Shown here: piece by piece, positions 28,671 to 39,478 of the stretch | Position numbering within the stretch: position 1 is the stretch's first letter | Layout of the letters: each line of letters opens with the position of its first letter | Assembly: GCA_001800605.1 (NCBI GenBank) | Contig: MGVS01000118.1 | Coordinates: 3,047 to 67,046 of the forward strand | Direction: 5' to 3' | Source: Elusimicrobia bacterium RIFOXYD2_FULL_34_15 | Lineage (GTDB): Bacteria > Elusimicrobiota > UBA8919 | DNA length: 64,000 nt | Program-made: the position numbers and the translations under genes | The notes under the pieces: generated by a model | Told to the model about the DNA's origin: nothing | Database searches by the model: none | The model's input: only the letters and a program-made list of their open reading frames with translations

Positions 28671-28895
28671 GATGTGGGGTATTAAGGTAACTGCACATAC
28701 AGTTTCCGGTCCCCGTAATTCCAAAAACTGTAGCTGCAGAGCCTGACTGCCGTCAGGCAGGCGATAGCTCTGCTAAAACATAGCAAAGCTTACGCTTTGC
28801 TGCTACAAAATAAAAAATAAAATATATTCATTGATAGTTGTTAAAGGTTATTTGGCTAGGAAAACAAAAAAAATAATATTATAAACTACAATATT

Positions 28896-30887
28896 CTACT
28901 CGTACCGTAAAGCTTCAATTGGATTCAACAGAGATGCTTTCCTTGCGGGCCATGTACCAAAAATTAAACCGACAAGCACAGAAAAAGTGGATGCCAGTAA
29001 AATAGATGAAAATGACACCTCGGTTTGCCAGCCGGCAAACATTGATAGTGATATTGAAATTAATGAACCTAAAATTATTCCAATCAATCCGCCCATAACA
29101 CAAATTACGACTGATTCTATCATAAATTGAAACAAAATATCTTTGTTATTAGCACCTATCGCTTTTCTTAAACCTATCTCGCGGGTTCTTTCTGTAACCG
29201 AAACAAGCATAATATTCATAATTCCTATTCCGCCAACCAATAAACTAATGAAAGCAACCGATCCTAAAAGATAAGCGAATGTTTTCATCGTAGATGCAAC
29301 GGTTTCCTGAATGTCAGCCAAATTTCTTATATTTATTGTATTAGTATTTGATTCCGGCTGCCGGTGAAGCTGAAGTATAAGTTTTATAATTCTTTTACTT
29401 ACATCATCCATTACGCTCTCATCTATTGTCTGAACATCCATAGAATCAATATATTCTTTTCCTAATACCCGAAACATAGCGGTATTGATAGGCATCTGAA
29501 CTTTATCATCCTCATCACGAAACCCGCTTGAACCTTTCGTAGGTAAAATACCTATCACCTGAAAATCTATCTTATTTATCTTAACAAATTCTCCGAGTGG
29601 ATTAGTATCTACAAATAGTTGGTCCTTAACGGTCTTACCTATAACAACCACTTTGGCTCTCGTAGTGGTCTCTTCATCAGTAAAATATCTGCCTTGTACA
29701 GGTACAGCATTTCTCAAATATTGATAATTACCAGTTGTAGCTTCTATTCGTGTATTCCAATTTTTTCCGTTATACACTATTTGCACCCGGCCTGTAACAT
29801 AAGGTGCAACCATTTTAACACCCGGAACTTTTTCTTTAATCTCGGTAACATCCTGCAAAGTAAACCTGGTAACTGTACCAGCACCCAAAGATACTCCGCC
29901 ACGCATACTTGAACCGGGCATAACCATTAAAATATTTGAACCTAAATTAGCTAACTGTTTCCTTGTTGTTTCCTGAGCACCACGCCCCAATGCAAGCATT
30001 GCGATTAAACCAGTTACGCCTATTAATACTCCTAAAATCGAAAGCGCAGAACGGGTTTTGTTTGACATCAATGCCCGTATTGCCTGGAAAAAATAATCTT
30101 TGATACGATTCAATTTAAATATGTGATGACTAATATTTTTACTAAATCCTTCCGCACTTACTATCACTTTTTTATTAATTTCTTTCTTATTTTTTTTATC
30201 CGAAATTATTACACCGTCCTGAAGCGTAATAGTTCTTGTTGCTGCCTGCGCCAAATCCGCTTCATGAGTAACCATTACAATCGTGATTCCGGAATCGTTA
30301 AGTTCTTTAAGTATTTCTATTATTTCTGCAGATGATTTACTGTCTAAATTTCCCGTAGGTTCATCTGCAAGAATTAACGTCGGATTATTAATAAGTGCCC
30401 TGGCTATCGCTACTCTTTGTTGCTGCCCGCCGGATAACTCATTTGATTTATGATTTATTCTATCACCTAATCCTACTTTTTCAAGAAATTTAATTGCATT
30501 ATTATGATTTTTTTTTATAAAACTACTGTCTTTTTTACCATTCTCGGAATATACCAACGGCATAAGTACATTTTCCAAAGCTGACATTCTTGGTAAAAGA
30601 TTAAAACTTTGAAAAACAAATCCAAGAAATTTATTTCTTACAGTTGCTAATTGGGCATCTGATAAATGCGACACTTCATTTGACGCTAATGTATAAGTTC
30701 CGGAACTTGGCTTATCCAAAAGTCCCAGAATATTTAAAAGCGTGGATTTCCCGCTACCCGAATGTCCCATAATTGCAATAAACTCACCCTCTGTAACATC
30801 CAAAGAAATATTATGCAAAACAGGAACATCTACCTTTTCTAAATGATATGTTTTCGATATATTTTTTAACTCAATAATTTTTGCCAT
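28896..30887 (-). CDS. macB: MacB-type ABC transporter (fused ATPase and FtsX-like permease).
   Basis: GHSGSGKST, LSGGQQQRVAIARAL, LILADEPTGNLD, and a C-terminal four-TM FtsX domain. Start moved to MAKIIELKNISKTY; the track's 16-aa extension is repeat-encoded. Confidence 0.9.
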   Translation of the reverse strand: MAKIIELKNISKTYHLEKVDVPVLHNISLDVTEGEFIAIMGHSGSGKSTLLNILGLLDKPSSGTYTLASNEVSHLSDAQLATVRNKFLGFVFQSFNLLPRMSALENVLMPLVYSENGKKDSSFIKKNHNNAIKFLEKVGLGDRINHKSNELSGGQQQRVAIARALINNPTLILADEPTGNLDSKSSAEIIEILKELNDSGITIVMVTHEADLAQAATRTITLQDGVIISDKKNKKEINKKVIVSAEGFSKNISHHIFKLNRIKDYFFQAIRALMSNKTRSALSILGVLIGVTGLIAMLALGRGAQETTRKQLANLGSNILMVMPGSSMRGGVSLGAGTVTRFTLQDVTEIKEKVPGVKMVAPYVTGRVQIVYNGKNWNTRIEATTGNYQYLRNAVPVQGRYFTDEETTTRAKVVVIGKTVKDQLFVDTNPLGEFVKINKIDFQVIGILPTKGSSGFRDEDDKVQMPINTAMFRVLGKEYIDSMDVQTIDESVMDDVSKRIIKLILQLHRQPESNTNTINIRNLADIQETVASTMKTFAYLLGSVAFISLLVGGIGIMNIMLVSVTERTREIGLRKAIGANNKDILFQFMIESVVICVMGGLIGIILGSLISISLSMFAGWQTEVSFSSILLASTFSVLVGLIFGTWPARKASLLNPIEALRYE

Positions 30888-30898
30888 TTTACCTTTTA

Positions 30899-30952
30899 CT
30901 TGTCCTGTCCTGAGTGTAATCGAAGGATTACTCATTACCCATTACTCGTTAC
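30899..30952. repeat. GTAACGAGTAA / TCCTTCGAT..CACTCAGGACAGG composite module, non-coding copy.
   Basis: It is the reverse complement of the element found in frame at 38656-38705, and it lies in the adaptor-macB spacer. Confidence 0.8.
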
Positions 30953-30958
30953 TTTTTT

Positions 30959-31918
30959 TTATCTTCCCCTGCCGCCACCGCCAAAAATACCACCTATGCC
31001 ACCACGGATTTGAGGTGAACTATCTACCTTATTATTATTCATTTTTAGAATAACAATAATATCTTTTTCAGTTATTCCTGATATAATCTCTACATTTTTA
31101 CCGTTGTTTATACCGGTTATTATTTTTGTACGTTCAAAACGTCCATTTTTTTCTTTTTTAATTAAAACATATTTTTCATTATTATTGGATGAAATAGCAT
31201 CTACAGGTAATAATAATATATCGTTCTTCTGCTCAGCTTTTATTTCTATAGTTGCTGTCATACCAGAACGAAAATTTATAGGTGGATTCTCCGGTCTGAT
31301 TTTTACTTCATAAACCGTAACATTGTTAACTATGGTCGACTCATATGCTATGTGTTCTACTATACCATCAAAATATTTATCAGGATAAGCGTCCAGAAAA
31401 ATTTTTACTTTCTGTTCTAATTTAATGTATCTTAAATCTGTTTCATCAACATTCGAAGCGATAATAAGAACATCCGCCATAACAACAATAGTATCGTTTA
31501 CACTCACAGTTTGTCCGGGTTCTTTATTTCTTACAACAATAAATCCGTTAAGCGGAGCTATTACAGGAGTTGGCTTATATGTATCTTCCCATTTTTTTAC
31601 CTCTTCTTCACTTTGAGATCTTGCTGCGTCTAAAAGAGCTGCCCTATCCGTTGAACTCATCCAAGCAAGTATTTCTCCCTTCTTTATCTTTTGCCCCTCA
31701 ACAACTAAAATATCCTCTATACGACCCGAAACCTGCGGCTTTATTTCCAACCGATTTCTTGGTTGTACTTCACCTGTTTCACGAAATTCAATTGCAATGG
31801 AACCCCTTTGCGGATAAACTTCTTGATTTTTAGGACTCTTCTTTTTATTTTTGAATATAAATATTACCCCGGTAATAATTAAAACCAAAACAACAACTGA
31901 AATTATTATTTTTTTCAT
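30959..31918 (-). CDS. HlyD/MacA-family periplasmic adaptor.
   Basis: N-terminal anchor, lipoyl/beta-barrel pattern ISGRIEDILVVEGQKIKKGEILA, glycine-rich tail. Confidence 0.8.
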   Translation of the reverse strand: MKKIIISVVVLVLIITGVIFIFKNKKKSPKNQEVYPQRGSIAIEFRETGEVQPRNRLEIKPQVSGRIEDILVVEGQKIKKGEILAWMSSTDRAALLDAARSQSEEEVKKWEDTYKPTPVIAPLNGFIVVRNKEPGQTVSVNDTIVVMADVLIIASNVDETDLRYIKLEQKVKIFLDAYPDKYFDGIVEHIAYESTIVNNVTVYEVKIRPENPPINFRSGMTATIEIKAEQKNDILLLPVDAISSNNNEKYVLIKKEKNGRFERTKIITGINNGKNVEIISGITEKDIIVILKMNNNKVDSSPQIRGGIGGIFGGGGRGR

Positions 31919-32025
31919 AATATTATCCCCTTTAAAAACAATTCAAAATATAAAATTCAAAATTAAAAATTTTAAATCTTTAGCTGAATCCTGTATCCTG
32001 TTTACTGTATCCTGATAACCTGCCT

Positions 32026-33261
32026 TTATTCACCTAATCCCAGGAAATTCTTCCAGGATATTTCAGATATTACAGCATTTCTTCTTGAATTAAGAAATGC
32101 CCGCTTGGAACTAATATAATCATTTTCCGACGTATACCAGTCCTGGTAAGAAACCAGTCCGTTCACATATTTTGTGGTTCTTATTTTTGACTGCTGTTCT
32201 GACGCGTTAAAATATTTCTCACTTACCTTTACATTTTCTGTTGCATCCACAAAATCGTTCCAGACTGATTCTAATCTAGCCATCAGCTGCTGTCTTATAG
32301 ATTTAAAAGTTTCCTCGGAAATTTTTTTATTTGTTTTTGCTATTTTTAAATCATAAATATTCTTTCCACCCGGGAAAAAAGGATATGAAAGATTTAAACT
32401 CAAGGACTGCTTTTCATTATCCGGTATCCATTTTTCACCTGAATTAGATATACTTCCTGAAATAGACAAATCCGGATAAAACTCGCTTCTTGCAATTTTA
32501 ACGCTGTATTCGCTTTTTTCCAGATTTTTTTCTGCAATTAAATAATCAGGTATTTCTCTAAGAAGTTTATATGACGGTTCTATGGTAGTTGACATATACA
32601 CATTAAAACTTGCTGTAACGGTAATTACTTCAAATTCATCCCTGCCTATGTCTCGTAATACCTGTGCTGATGCAGTTTTTAAATTTCTTTTTGCTTTGGC
32701 GAGGTCATATTCGGCCTGAAATTTATCGGCTTCAACTCTGAGAAGCGAACCTTTATCTTCAAGACCGGCATCATATTTAAATTTTACTAGATCATAATTC
32801 TCGCTTCTTCTTTTCAATATTTCTTCGGATAACCCGATCGTTTCCTGCGCCCATAAAAGCCCGATAAAACTAGTTTTTAAATTATAAATTACATCTGCTA
32901 AAATTCTTTTATATTCAAGTTCGGCAATTTTTAAATCAATATTTTTCGATTTAAGCTGACTACTGTCACTAAAACCTGAAAATAACGAGAGTCGGCCCGA
33001 AAGACCAAGTGAGTATTGTTCCGGAGAATCCGTGCCATCTGTCTTAGATTTATTTACTCCCGCATTTGCGGATAATTGAGGTAAGAAATTAGTATAAGAA
33101 TTATAGTAACTTAAACGCGCATTTTTTACAGAATCTTCCGCTTTTATCAATTCCGGATTATTTTTTTTTGCTTCAGATAAAACGTCCTGCCATATAAGAG
33201 GTGCAGAAAATGCATCCCCTGCAAAAATAAGAAATAGTATAATTCTATAAATAATTTTCAT
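32026..33261 (-). CDS. TolC-family outer-membrane efflux protein.
   Basis: Two repeated OEP halves. Signal peptide MKIIYRIILFLIFAGDAFS. Start moved from TTG 33288 to ATG 33261. Confidence 0.8.
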   Translation of the reverse strand: MKIIYRIILFLIFAGDAFSAPLIWQDVLSEAKKNNPELIKAEDSVKNARLSYYNSYTNFLPQLSANAGVNKSKTDGTDSPEQYSLGLSGRLSLFSGFSDSSQLKSKNIDLKIAELEYKRILADVIYNLKTSFIGLLWAQETIGLSEEILKRRSENYDLVKFKYDAGLEDKGSLLRVEADKFQAEYDLAKAKRNLKTASAQVLRDIGRDEFEVITVTASFNVYMSTTIEPSYKLLREIPDYLIAEKNLEKSEYSVKIARSEFYPDLSISGSISNSGEKWIPDNEKQSLSLNLSYPFFPGGKNIYDLKIAKTNKKISEETFKSIRQQLMARLESVWNDFVDATENVKVSEKYFNASEQQSKIRTTKYVNGLVSYQDWYTSENDYISSKRAFLNSRRNAVISEISWKNFLGLGE

Positions 33262-36200
33262 GTAACTTTCCTTTTTTTCTTTCTTCAAACAATGAATAAA
33301 TCACAGGAACAATTAGAAGAGTAATAAACATCGATACTATAAGCCCACCGATGATTGTCACTGCAAGCGGCGTCCAGCTTTCGGAACCTTGGCCTCTTGA
33401 CAGGGCTAACGGAAGCATACCCAAAATCGTAGTCATTGAAGTCATCAAAATAGGTCTAATCCTGACTCTGCCTGATTCCAGCAATGCAGTATGAATTACC
33501 ACGCCTTTGTTTTTCTGCTGTATAGTATAGTCAATAAATACAATCGCGTTATTAACAACTATACCGACAAGCATAATAATTCCTATAAATGACGCTATGT
33601 TGAGTGTCTGGCCCGTAATCAGCAAAGCCCATATAACCCCTACTATCCCAAACGGAACCGAGAACATAACTATGAAAGGATCGCGCCAGGATTCAAATTG
33701 CGCTGCCATAACCATATAGGTAAGCATCATACCAAGCAGAAAAGCCAGCATCAAGTCCGCGAAAGCATCCTTTTGTTCTTTTATTGAACCGCCGTATTCA
33801 ATTGTAATATCTCTGGGAAGCGGAATTTTGGAAATTTTACTTTTCAACTCTTCCGCAACTTTACCAAGCGATCGTCCTGTTATATTAGCTCCGACTTTAA
33901 TAATCCTTACCTGGTCTTTTCTATCAATAGTTACAGGACCAAGCGCCTGCTCAATTTTAACAAAATTCTTTATAGGTATTTTATGGCCCGTCATATTTCT
34001 TACCTCAATTCCTTCTAAATCCTGTATATTGCTTCTGTCTTTAGATTGTAATCTTACAAAAACATCATACTCATGACCGGCTTCACGGTAAACAGTAGCC
34101 GTTTTGCCTGCAAACGAAGTATTTATCGTATCTGCAATAGTTTGTATAGAAAAACCTAAAGATGCTGCTTTGGTTTTATCGATTTTTACTATGTATTCCG
34201 GCTGGGCTTTTTCTCTTGATATAGTTATATCCCTTAAACCTTTTGTTTTTTCCATTATATCCCTAATTTTTTTTGTTACGATATCAAGTTGTTCAAAATC
34301 AAGCCCCAATATTTCAATTGATATCGGACTGCCTGTGCCAAACATGTTTTGCTGCATCGGATCGGCTGTCGAAACATTAAATTTATAAATACCGGGAATT
34401 TTCTTTATCTCGTCTCTTATTATTTCGGCTATATCCTTAATGCCTCTCTTCCTTTTATCTTTTTTTACAACCATGCCCCAAAAATAACCGGTTGCAGCAG
34501 TTTCTTTTTGCCCTGACATACCCCTGGAACTTCCCGCAGTTTGTCCGCTTCTGCTGAGAAACATGACTTTTTCCGGAACTTTTTTATCAAAAATATTTTC
34601 TATTTTGCTTATGGCTTCATTTGTTACCTCAAGATTAGTTCCGGCAGGCATATTGACCTGCATTGTCAGTCCTCCTGTATCTTCTTCAGGAAAGAATTCG
34701 GTTCCGATAACAGGAATTAGCAATAAACTTCCGATAAATATACCGGTGAATATCCATATGGTTTTCCATCTATGTTTTAAAGAATATTCAAGAAGAAAAT
34801 TATATTCTCTGTGAATCCAGGCAAAAAACTTGTCACTTATATCGGTTAAAAATACTTTTTTCCTTTTATCTTTGACAATGCGCGCTGCCATAAGCGGCGA
34901 AAGCGTCATTGAAACAAGAAGCGATACGAGCAATGTCAGGGATATAATCATTCCGAGTTGTTTGAACATAATGCCGGATATACCTTTTGTAAAAATAAGC
35001 GGTAAAAAAACAACGACATTAGTAAATATTGATGCTGAAATGGCAAGCCCTACTTCATTTGTACCGTTTATTGCTGCCATTATCTTGCTTTCTTTTAATT
35101 CTTCTCTATGACGGACTATGTTCTCCAACACTACTATGGCACAATCCACAACCTGCCCTATCGCTAACGACAATGCAGAAAGCGACATTATATTTATTGT
35201 ATAGCCCATAACATATAAAAACAGAAATGCAATAATCAAAGAAGCAGGAATTGTTATAAGAATTACCGCACTCGCAAGCCAGTCTAATAAAAAAAAGTAA
35301 GTAATTAAAATTACCAGAATTCCGCCAATAATAACCGTATCTCTCAGATTATTTATCATCAATCTGATATCTTCTGAACTGTCCATTATTACTTTCAACT
35401 GAATATCCGGCGGAAGTTTTTTCTTAATTTCTTCTAATCTTTCTTTTATGGTTTCGCCGACCCTTACTGTATTTGCGCCCGATTTTTTCTGGACTATAAG
35501 CATAGCCGCCTTTTTCAGGTTTGCTCTTATATATTCTGTTTGTTCCTTAAAAGAATCGGAAACAACGGCTACATTCTTTAGATATATGTTCTGGCCTTTA
35601 GAATTACCGACCGGTATATTCGATATTTCCGATACTTTTTCAAATTCACCGGGAACTCTTAGAAGGTATTCTTTGCTTGCAATATTCATTGAACCCGCGG
35701 GCAAAGTTACGTTATTCATGCGGAATGAATTTACTATATCAGACATAGTAAGGCCTCTGGATTGCAGTTTAAACTTGTCAACTTCTACATTAATCTGCCT
35801 TTCAAGAGGGCTTCTTACAAAAACATTTCCGACACCCGGAATTCTTTTAAGCGGTTCTATCAATTTATCATCTAATATTTCCTTTATTTTTGGATAAGAT
35901 TCATCCGCTGTCGCGGTTATAAACATAATCGGTATCATGTTCGTGTCAAATTTCATAAGCTGCGGTTTATCGGCATCTTCCGGCAGAAATCTCTTTGCCA
36001 AATCCAACCTGTCTCTCACATCATTTGATATGTTATCCAGGTCTATCCCCCAATTGAATATAAGAGTTATTACAGAACCGTTTTCCTGCGAAATAGACTG
36101 CATTTCTTTCAGGTTTGGCGTTAATGATAGTTGCGATTCCAATACCTTTGTAACCTTCAACTCTACTTCTTCAGGACCGGCTCCGCTATAAACTGTTGTA

Positions 36201-36340
36201 ACCGTTAAAGCAGGCATAGTAATTTCAGGAAGTAAATCAATTGCAAGTTTTGAAAGAGCAACAATTGATAAAACAAATATCGCAATATAAAAAACTATTG
36301 TAGCAACCGGTTTTTTAACTGAAAATTCAACAAGGTTCAT
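33245..36340 (-). CDS. RND efflux permease (AcrB/CzcA family).
   Basis: 1,031 aa with 12-TM architecture and typical N-terminus NLVEFSVKKPVATIVFYIAIFVLS. Confidence 0.95.
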   Translation of the reverse strand: MNLVEFSVKKPVATIVFYIAIFVLSIVALSKLAIDLLPEITMPALTVTTVYSGAGPEEVELKVTKVLESQLSLTPNLKEMQSISQENGSVITLIFNWGIDLDNISNDVRDRLDLAKRFLPEDADKPQLMKFDTNMIPIMFITATADESYPKIKEILDDKLIEPLKRIPGVGNVFVRSPLERQINVEVDKFKLQSRGLTMSDIVNSFRMNNVTLPAGSMNIASKEYLLRVPGEFEKVSEISNIPVGNSKGQNIYLKNVAVVSDSFKEQTEYIRANLKKAAMLIVQKKSGANTVRVGETIKERLEEIKKKLPPDIQLKVIMDSSEDIRLMINNLRDTVIIGGILVILITYFFLLDWLASAVILITIPASLIIAFLFLYVMGYTINIMSLSALSLAIGQVVDCAIVVLENIVRHREELKESKIMAAINGTNEVGLAISASIFTNVVVFLPLIFTKGISGIMFKQLGMIISLTLLVSLLVSMTLSPLMAARIVKDKRKKVFLTDISDKFFAWIHREYNFLLEYSLKHRWKTIWIFTGIFIGSLLLIPVIGTEFFPEEDTGGLTMQVNMPAGTNLEVTNEAISKIENIFDKKVPEKVMFLSRSGQTAGSSRGMSGQKETAATGYFWGMVVKKDKRKRGIKDIAEIIRDEIKKIPGIYKFNVSTADPMQQNMFGTGSPISIEILGLDFEQLDIVTKKIRDIMEKTKGLRDITISREKAQPEYIVKIDKTKAASLGFSIQTIADTINTSFAGKTATVYREAGHEYDVFVRLQSKDRSNIQDLEGIEVRNMTGHKIPIKNFVKIEQALGPVTIDRKDQVRIIKVGANITGRSLGKVAEELKSKISKIPLPRDITIEYGGSIKEQKDAFADLMLAFLLGMMLTYMVMAAQFESWRDPFIVMFSVPFGIVGVIWALLITGQTLNIASFIGIIMLVGIVVNNAIVFIDYTIQQKNKGVVIHTALLESGRVRIRPILMTSMTTILGMLPLALSRGQGSESWTPLAVTIIGGLIVSMFITLLIVPVIYSLFEERKKGKLHENYL

Positions 36341-36499
36341 CTTTTTCTCCTAATTATGTATTAGATGCGCTAATTTTGGTAAAGTTTACCCCGTTAAGAG
36401 GCAAGTTATAAGTTATAGGCTAAAAGTTAAAATTTTGTTTCTTTAATTCCAATTATTTACTTCTTATTTTAACTTATAACTTTTTACTTGCCTTTAAAA

Positions 36500-37387
36500 C
36501 TATTCTGCTATTACCACTTTTGCTCCTTCTGACAAATTCTGCCAGCCTAATAGTACCACACTGTCATTTTGATCAATACCGCTTATAACTTCAATGTGAT
36601 TATTCTGACGAATCAATGTTTTTATATCTTTCCTGTTTGCTATAGAATTTTCAACAACATAAACATATTTTTTAGAATCATATTCGCCGATAGCATCAAC
36701 CGGTATTGTTAAAACGTTTTCATGAACTGATAGTATCAATTCTACCTTAGCAAACATACCCGGTTTTAACAAATCGCTTTCATTTGACACCGATATTTCA
36801 ACCGGTACCGTACGCGTTTGCAGATCAATAGATTGTCCTATCTTTGATATTCCACCTCGAAAAACTTTGCTAGGATATGAATCAACAATAAATCTCACGG
36901 GTAAGTCTTTTTTTACCTTTGTAATATCCTGTTCGGTAATATTAACAACAACCTTTACTTTATCAATAGTTGCAACCTCAAAAATAGGCGTTTGAGGCGT
37001 AACCATCTCACCTATATCAAGAAAATACTGGGTTATTACTCCGTTTAAAGGTGAATTTACTTCTGACATTTTAAATTCAAGTGCCGGCTCGTCCCTGTCA
37101 ACCAGTGCAACAGCCTCGTTTTTTGAAACTATTTCTCCGACATCCTTCCTTTTTTCGTGCAATTTTCCTGTAACTTTGGAATAAACCTTCGCTTCAGAAA
37201 GGCCCCTTATATCCCCTGTAAGATTAATAATCTCTTCAACATCTTTATAAACAGGTTTTACTATTTTTACAGGAATTATATTTTCTGCTTTTATAGGTTT
37301 TTTTATAAAAAATTTTGAAATACGCACTAAAATAACCGCCGCCAAAATTATGCCGATAAATAAAATTGTTTTTTTTCTTTTACTCAT
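36500..37387 (-). CDS. RND periplasmic adaptor subunit.
   Basis: Membrane anchor plus lipoyl/barrel-sandwich motifs. Start moved to ATG 37387 (GGAGGT upstream). Confidence 0.85.
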   Translation of the reverse strand: MSKRKKTILFIGIILAAVILVRISKFFIKKPIKAENIIPVKIVKPVYKDVEEIINLTGDIRGLSEAKVYSKVTGKLHEKRKDVGEIVSKNEAVALVDRDEPALEFKMSEVNSPLNGVITQYFLDIGEMVTPQTPIFEVATIDKVKVVVNITEQDITKVKKDLPVRFIVDSYPSKVFRGGISKIGQSIDLQTRTVPVEISVSNESDLLKPGMFAKVELILSVHENVLTIPVDAIGEYDSKKYVYVVENSIANRKDIKTLIRQNNHIEVISGIDQNDSVVLLGWQNLSEGAKVVIAE

Positions 37388-37409
37388 TTTACCTCCAAAA
37401 ATAATTTCA

Positions 37410-38777
37410 TTATTTACCAACCGCTTTATCTAAAGAAGCTATTGCAATATTATAATCATATAATGCCTGCACGTAATTTGTCTCTGCCTGGGTTAAATCA
37501 AGTTGTGCATCCCTGACTTCCAAATCCGACATAAGCCCCAAATTAAACCTTTTCTGGGCGGTTGTTAAATTTTCTTTCGCAGCTTTTACATTCTCTTTAT
37601 TTGCTTCAATCGAATCTTTCGCCTGTTTAAAATTTAAATATGCCGCACGGACTTCAAATTTTACACCCTCTTCCAGCAATTCTTTATTTGCAATTATCTG
37701 ATTAAGATTAGCTTTGGCTTGCTTAGTCCTGTTATATGTTGAAAAACCGTCAAATATAGGAATATTTAAAACCGCAAGCGCCATCCATGTATTATACCAA
37801 TCCGTAGTTTCGAATGCCGTATTCTGCCATTCAGCAGTACCCGTAAGCAGTATATTAGGTTTATTGCCGGTTGAAGCTAATTTTACCAGTGATTTAGAAA
37901 TATCTTCTTGTAAAAGGATCTGCTTTATCTCCGAACGGTTTTCCATGGCTTTCATTATCAAATCTTCTAAATCCTTTTCTTCCGGAACATACTCTAATTC
38001 TCCTGTAAATTCAATATCCTTATTTTTAATGTTCAAAACATTAATAAGTGTCTCCCTTGACAATTCCAAACCATTGTTTGAACGGATAAAGTTAGTTTTA
38101 GAATTTGCAACCAATACTTTCGCACGGGACACATCATAGGACGATGCTTTTCCTTCCTGATAAAACCTTTCAACTGATTTTAAGTGATATTCGTTCACAT
38201 CGGAAGCTTCTTTTGCAATAGAAACCATTTGTTTAGCAAGAATAAAGTTATAAAAAGCATTTTTTACGCTGTATACTATATTCCGTCTTGTTTTTATGTA
38301 ATCTTCTTCATAATATTTATAATTTAATTTTGCCTGTCTATTGGATTGGTATATCTTTCCCCACATAAAAATTGGCTGAGTTAATGAAAGTTTTGAATCA
38401 TATATCTCATCTGCAAAAGATAGTCTAAAACTCGGTGAAACTGATGTCAAGCTGCCTAGTGCATCCAAACCCTCTACTTCATTTTTCTTAAGATAACTGA
38501 AGCTACCGGAAACATTTGGAAGATACCCGGAAAATGCTTCCGCTCTCTTTGCTTTTGCAGATATACGGTTCTGTTCCGCAATTTTCATTTGTGGATTTTC
38601 TTTCAAGGCTATTCCTAGGCATTGTTCCAGGTTTAGTGTTTCAGAATAAAGATAAGTAACGAGTAATCCTTCGATCCCACTCAGGACAGGCAGGGTAACG
38701 GGTAAAATGTAAAAAATAATAAAAATTAATCCTAAATTTTTAACTTTTAACTTTAAATTTATACTTGATTTTTTCAT
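37410..38777 (-). CDS. TolC-family outer-membrane efflux protein carrying a repeat-derived insertion in its signal-peptide region.
   Basis: Mature part starts LNLEQCLGIALKENPQMKIAEQ. ATG 38777 overlaps the TetR stop (ATGA). No alternative in-frame start would retain a signal peptide. Confidence 0.8.
   Translation of the reverse strand: MKKSSINLKLKVKNLGLIFIIFYILPVTLPVLSGIEGLLVTYLYSETLNLEQCLGIALKENPQMKIAEQNRISAKAKRAEAFSGYLPNVSGSFSYLKKNEVEGLDALGSLTSVSPSFRLSFADEIYDSKLSLTQPIFMWGKIYQSNRQAKLNYKYYEEDYIKTRRNIVYSVKNAFYNFILAKQMVSIAKEASDVNEYHLKSVERFYQEGKASSYDVSRAKVLVANSKTNFIRSNNGLELSRETLINVLNIKNKDIEFTGELEYVPEEKDLEDLIMKAMENRSEIKQILLQEDISKSLVKLASTGNKPNILLTGTAEWQNTAFETTDWYNTWMALAVLNIPIFDGFSTYNRTKQAKANLNQIIANKELLEEGVKFEVRAAYLNFKQAKDSIEANKENVKAAKENLTTAQKRFNLGLMSDLEVRDAQLDLTQAETNYVQALYDYNIAIASLDKAVGK
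38656..38705. repeat. The same composite module as 30899-30952, here read in frame inside the TolC gene (encodes ILPVTLPVLSGIEGLLVT).
   Basis: The sequence gtaacgagtaatccttcgatcccactcaggacaggcagggtaacgggtaa matches the reverse complement of 30899-30952, apart from a 14-nt gtaatgagtaa-type unit. Confidence 0.8.
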
Positions 38778-39376
38778 TTTGCTATCCCCCCTAAAAAGAC
38801 ATCCCATATGAATTTCGGTGTAATATCTATTTTCATCATTTTATTTTTATCATGCATATCAACTTTTTGATGCATATTAACAAACATAAAAGATAAATAT
38901 AACATAGCTAACGAAGATGAAGGATAATTTTTAAATTCTTTTTTTCTTATACCTTCATCTATAATTTTTATAATTACATTCAACAATTCACCGAATTTTA
39001 TATGCAATTCCTGTTGACATTTTTTCTCGTGTGATCCCAGGTTTTGTCTAACTGATAAGAAAATATTTCTGTATCTTCCTATAAAATCCGAATGTTTTTT
39101 TAAAAATAAAGGTAATTTTTGACTTGCAGGTATATTTTTTTTCTGAATTTCGTCTGCCATTTCCCATACTTTATCCATTAACATAAAAAGTATTGAAAAG
39201 TACAGTTCTTCTTTACTCTTAAAATATAGATATATCGTTCCTTTTGCAACACCTGCTTTTCGTGCGATTTCACCTATAGGACTTGCATAGTATTCCTTTT
39301 GATTTAGAATTTCAATTGCTGCGTCAAGAATCTTTTGTCTTTTGATTTCCGGATTCCAACCTTTTGACTTTGCCAT
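38774..39376 (-). CDS. TetR/AcrR-family transcriptional repressor.
   Basis: N-terminal HTH: YYASPIGEIARKAGVAKGTIYLYFKSKEELY. Confidence 0.85.
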   Translation of the reverse strand: MAKSKGWNPEIKRQKILDAAIEILNQKEYYASPIGEIARKAGVAKGTIYLYFKSKEELYFSILFMLMDKVWEMADEIQKKNIPASQKLPLFLKKHSDFIGRYRNIFLSVRQNLGSHEKKCQQELHIKFGELLNVIIKIIDEGIRKKEFKNYPSSSLAMLYLSFMFVNMHQKVDMHDKNKMMKIDITPKFIWDVFLGGIAK

Positions 39377-39478
39377 TTTTATTCTCCAGAGAATAGCGAC
39401 AACACTTAATCAGCATCAGAACCATAGAGCAGTAGAACTTCAGAACGCCCTTTACCCAATATCCCCATACTATGCACA

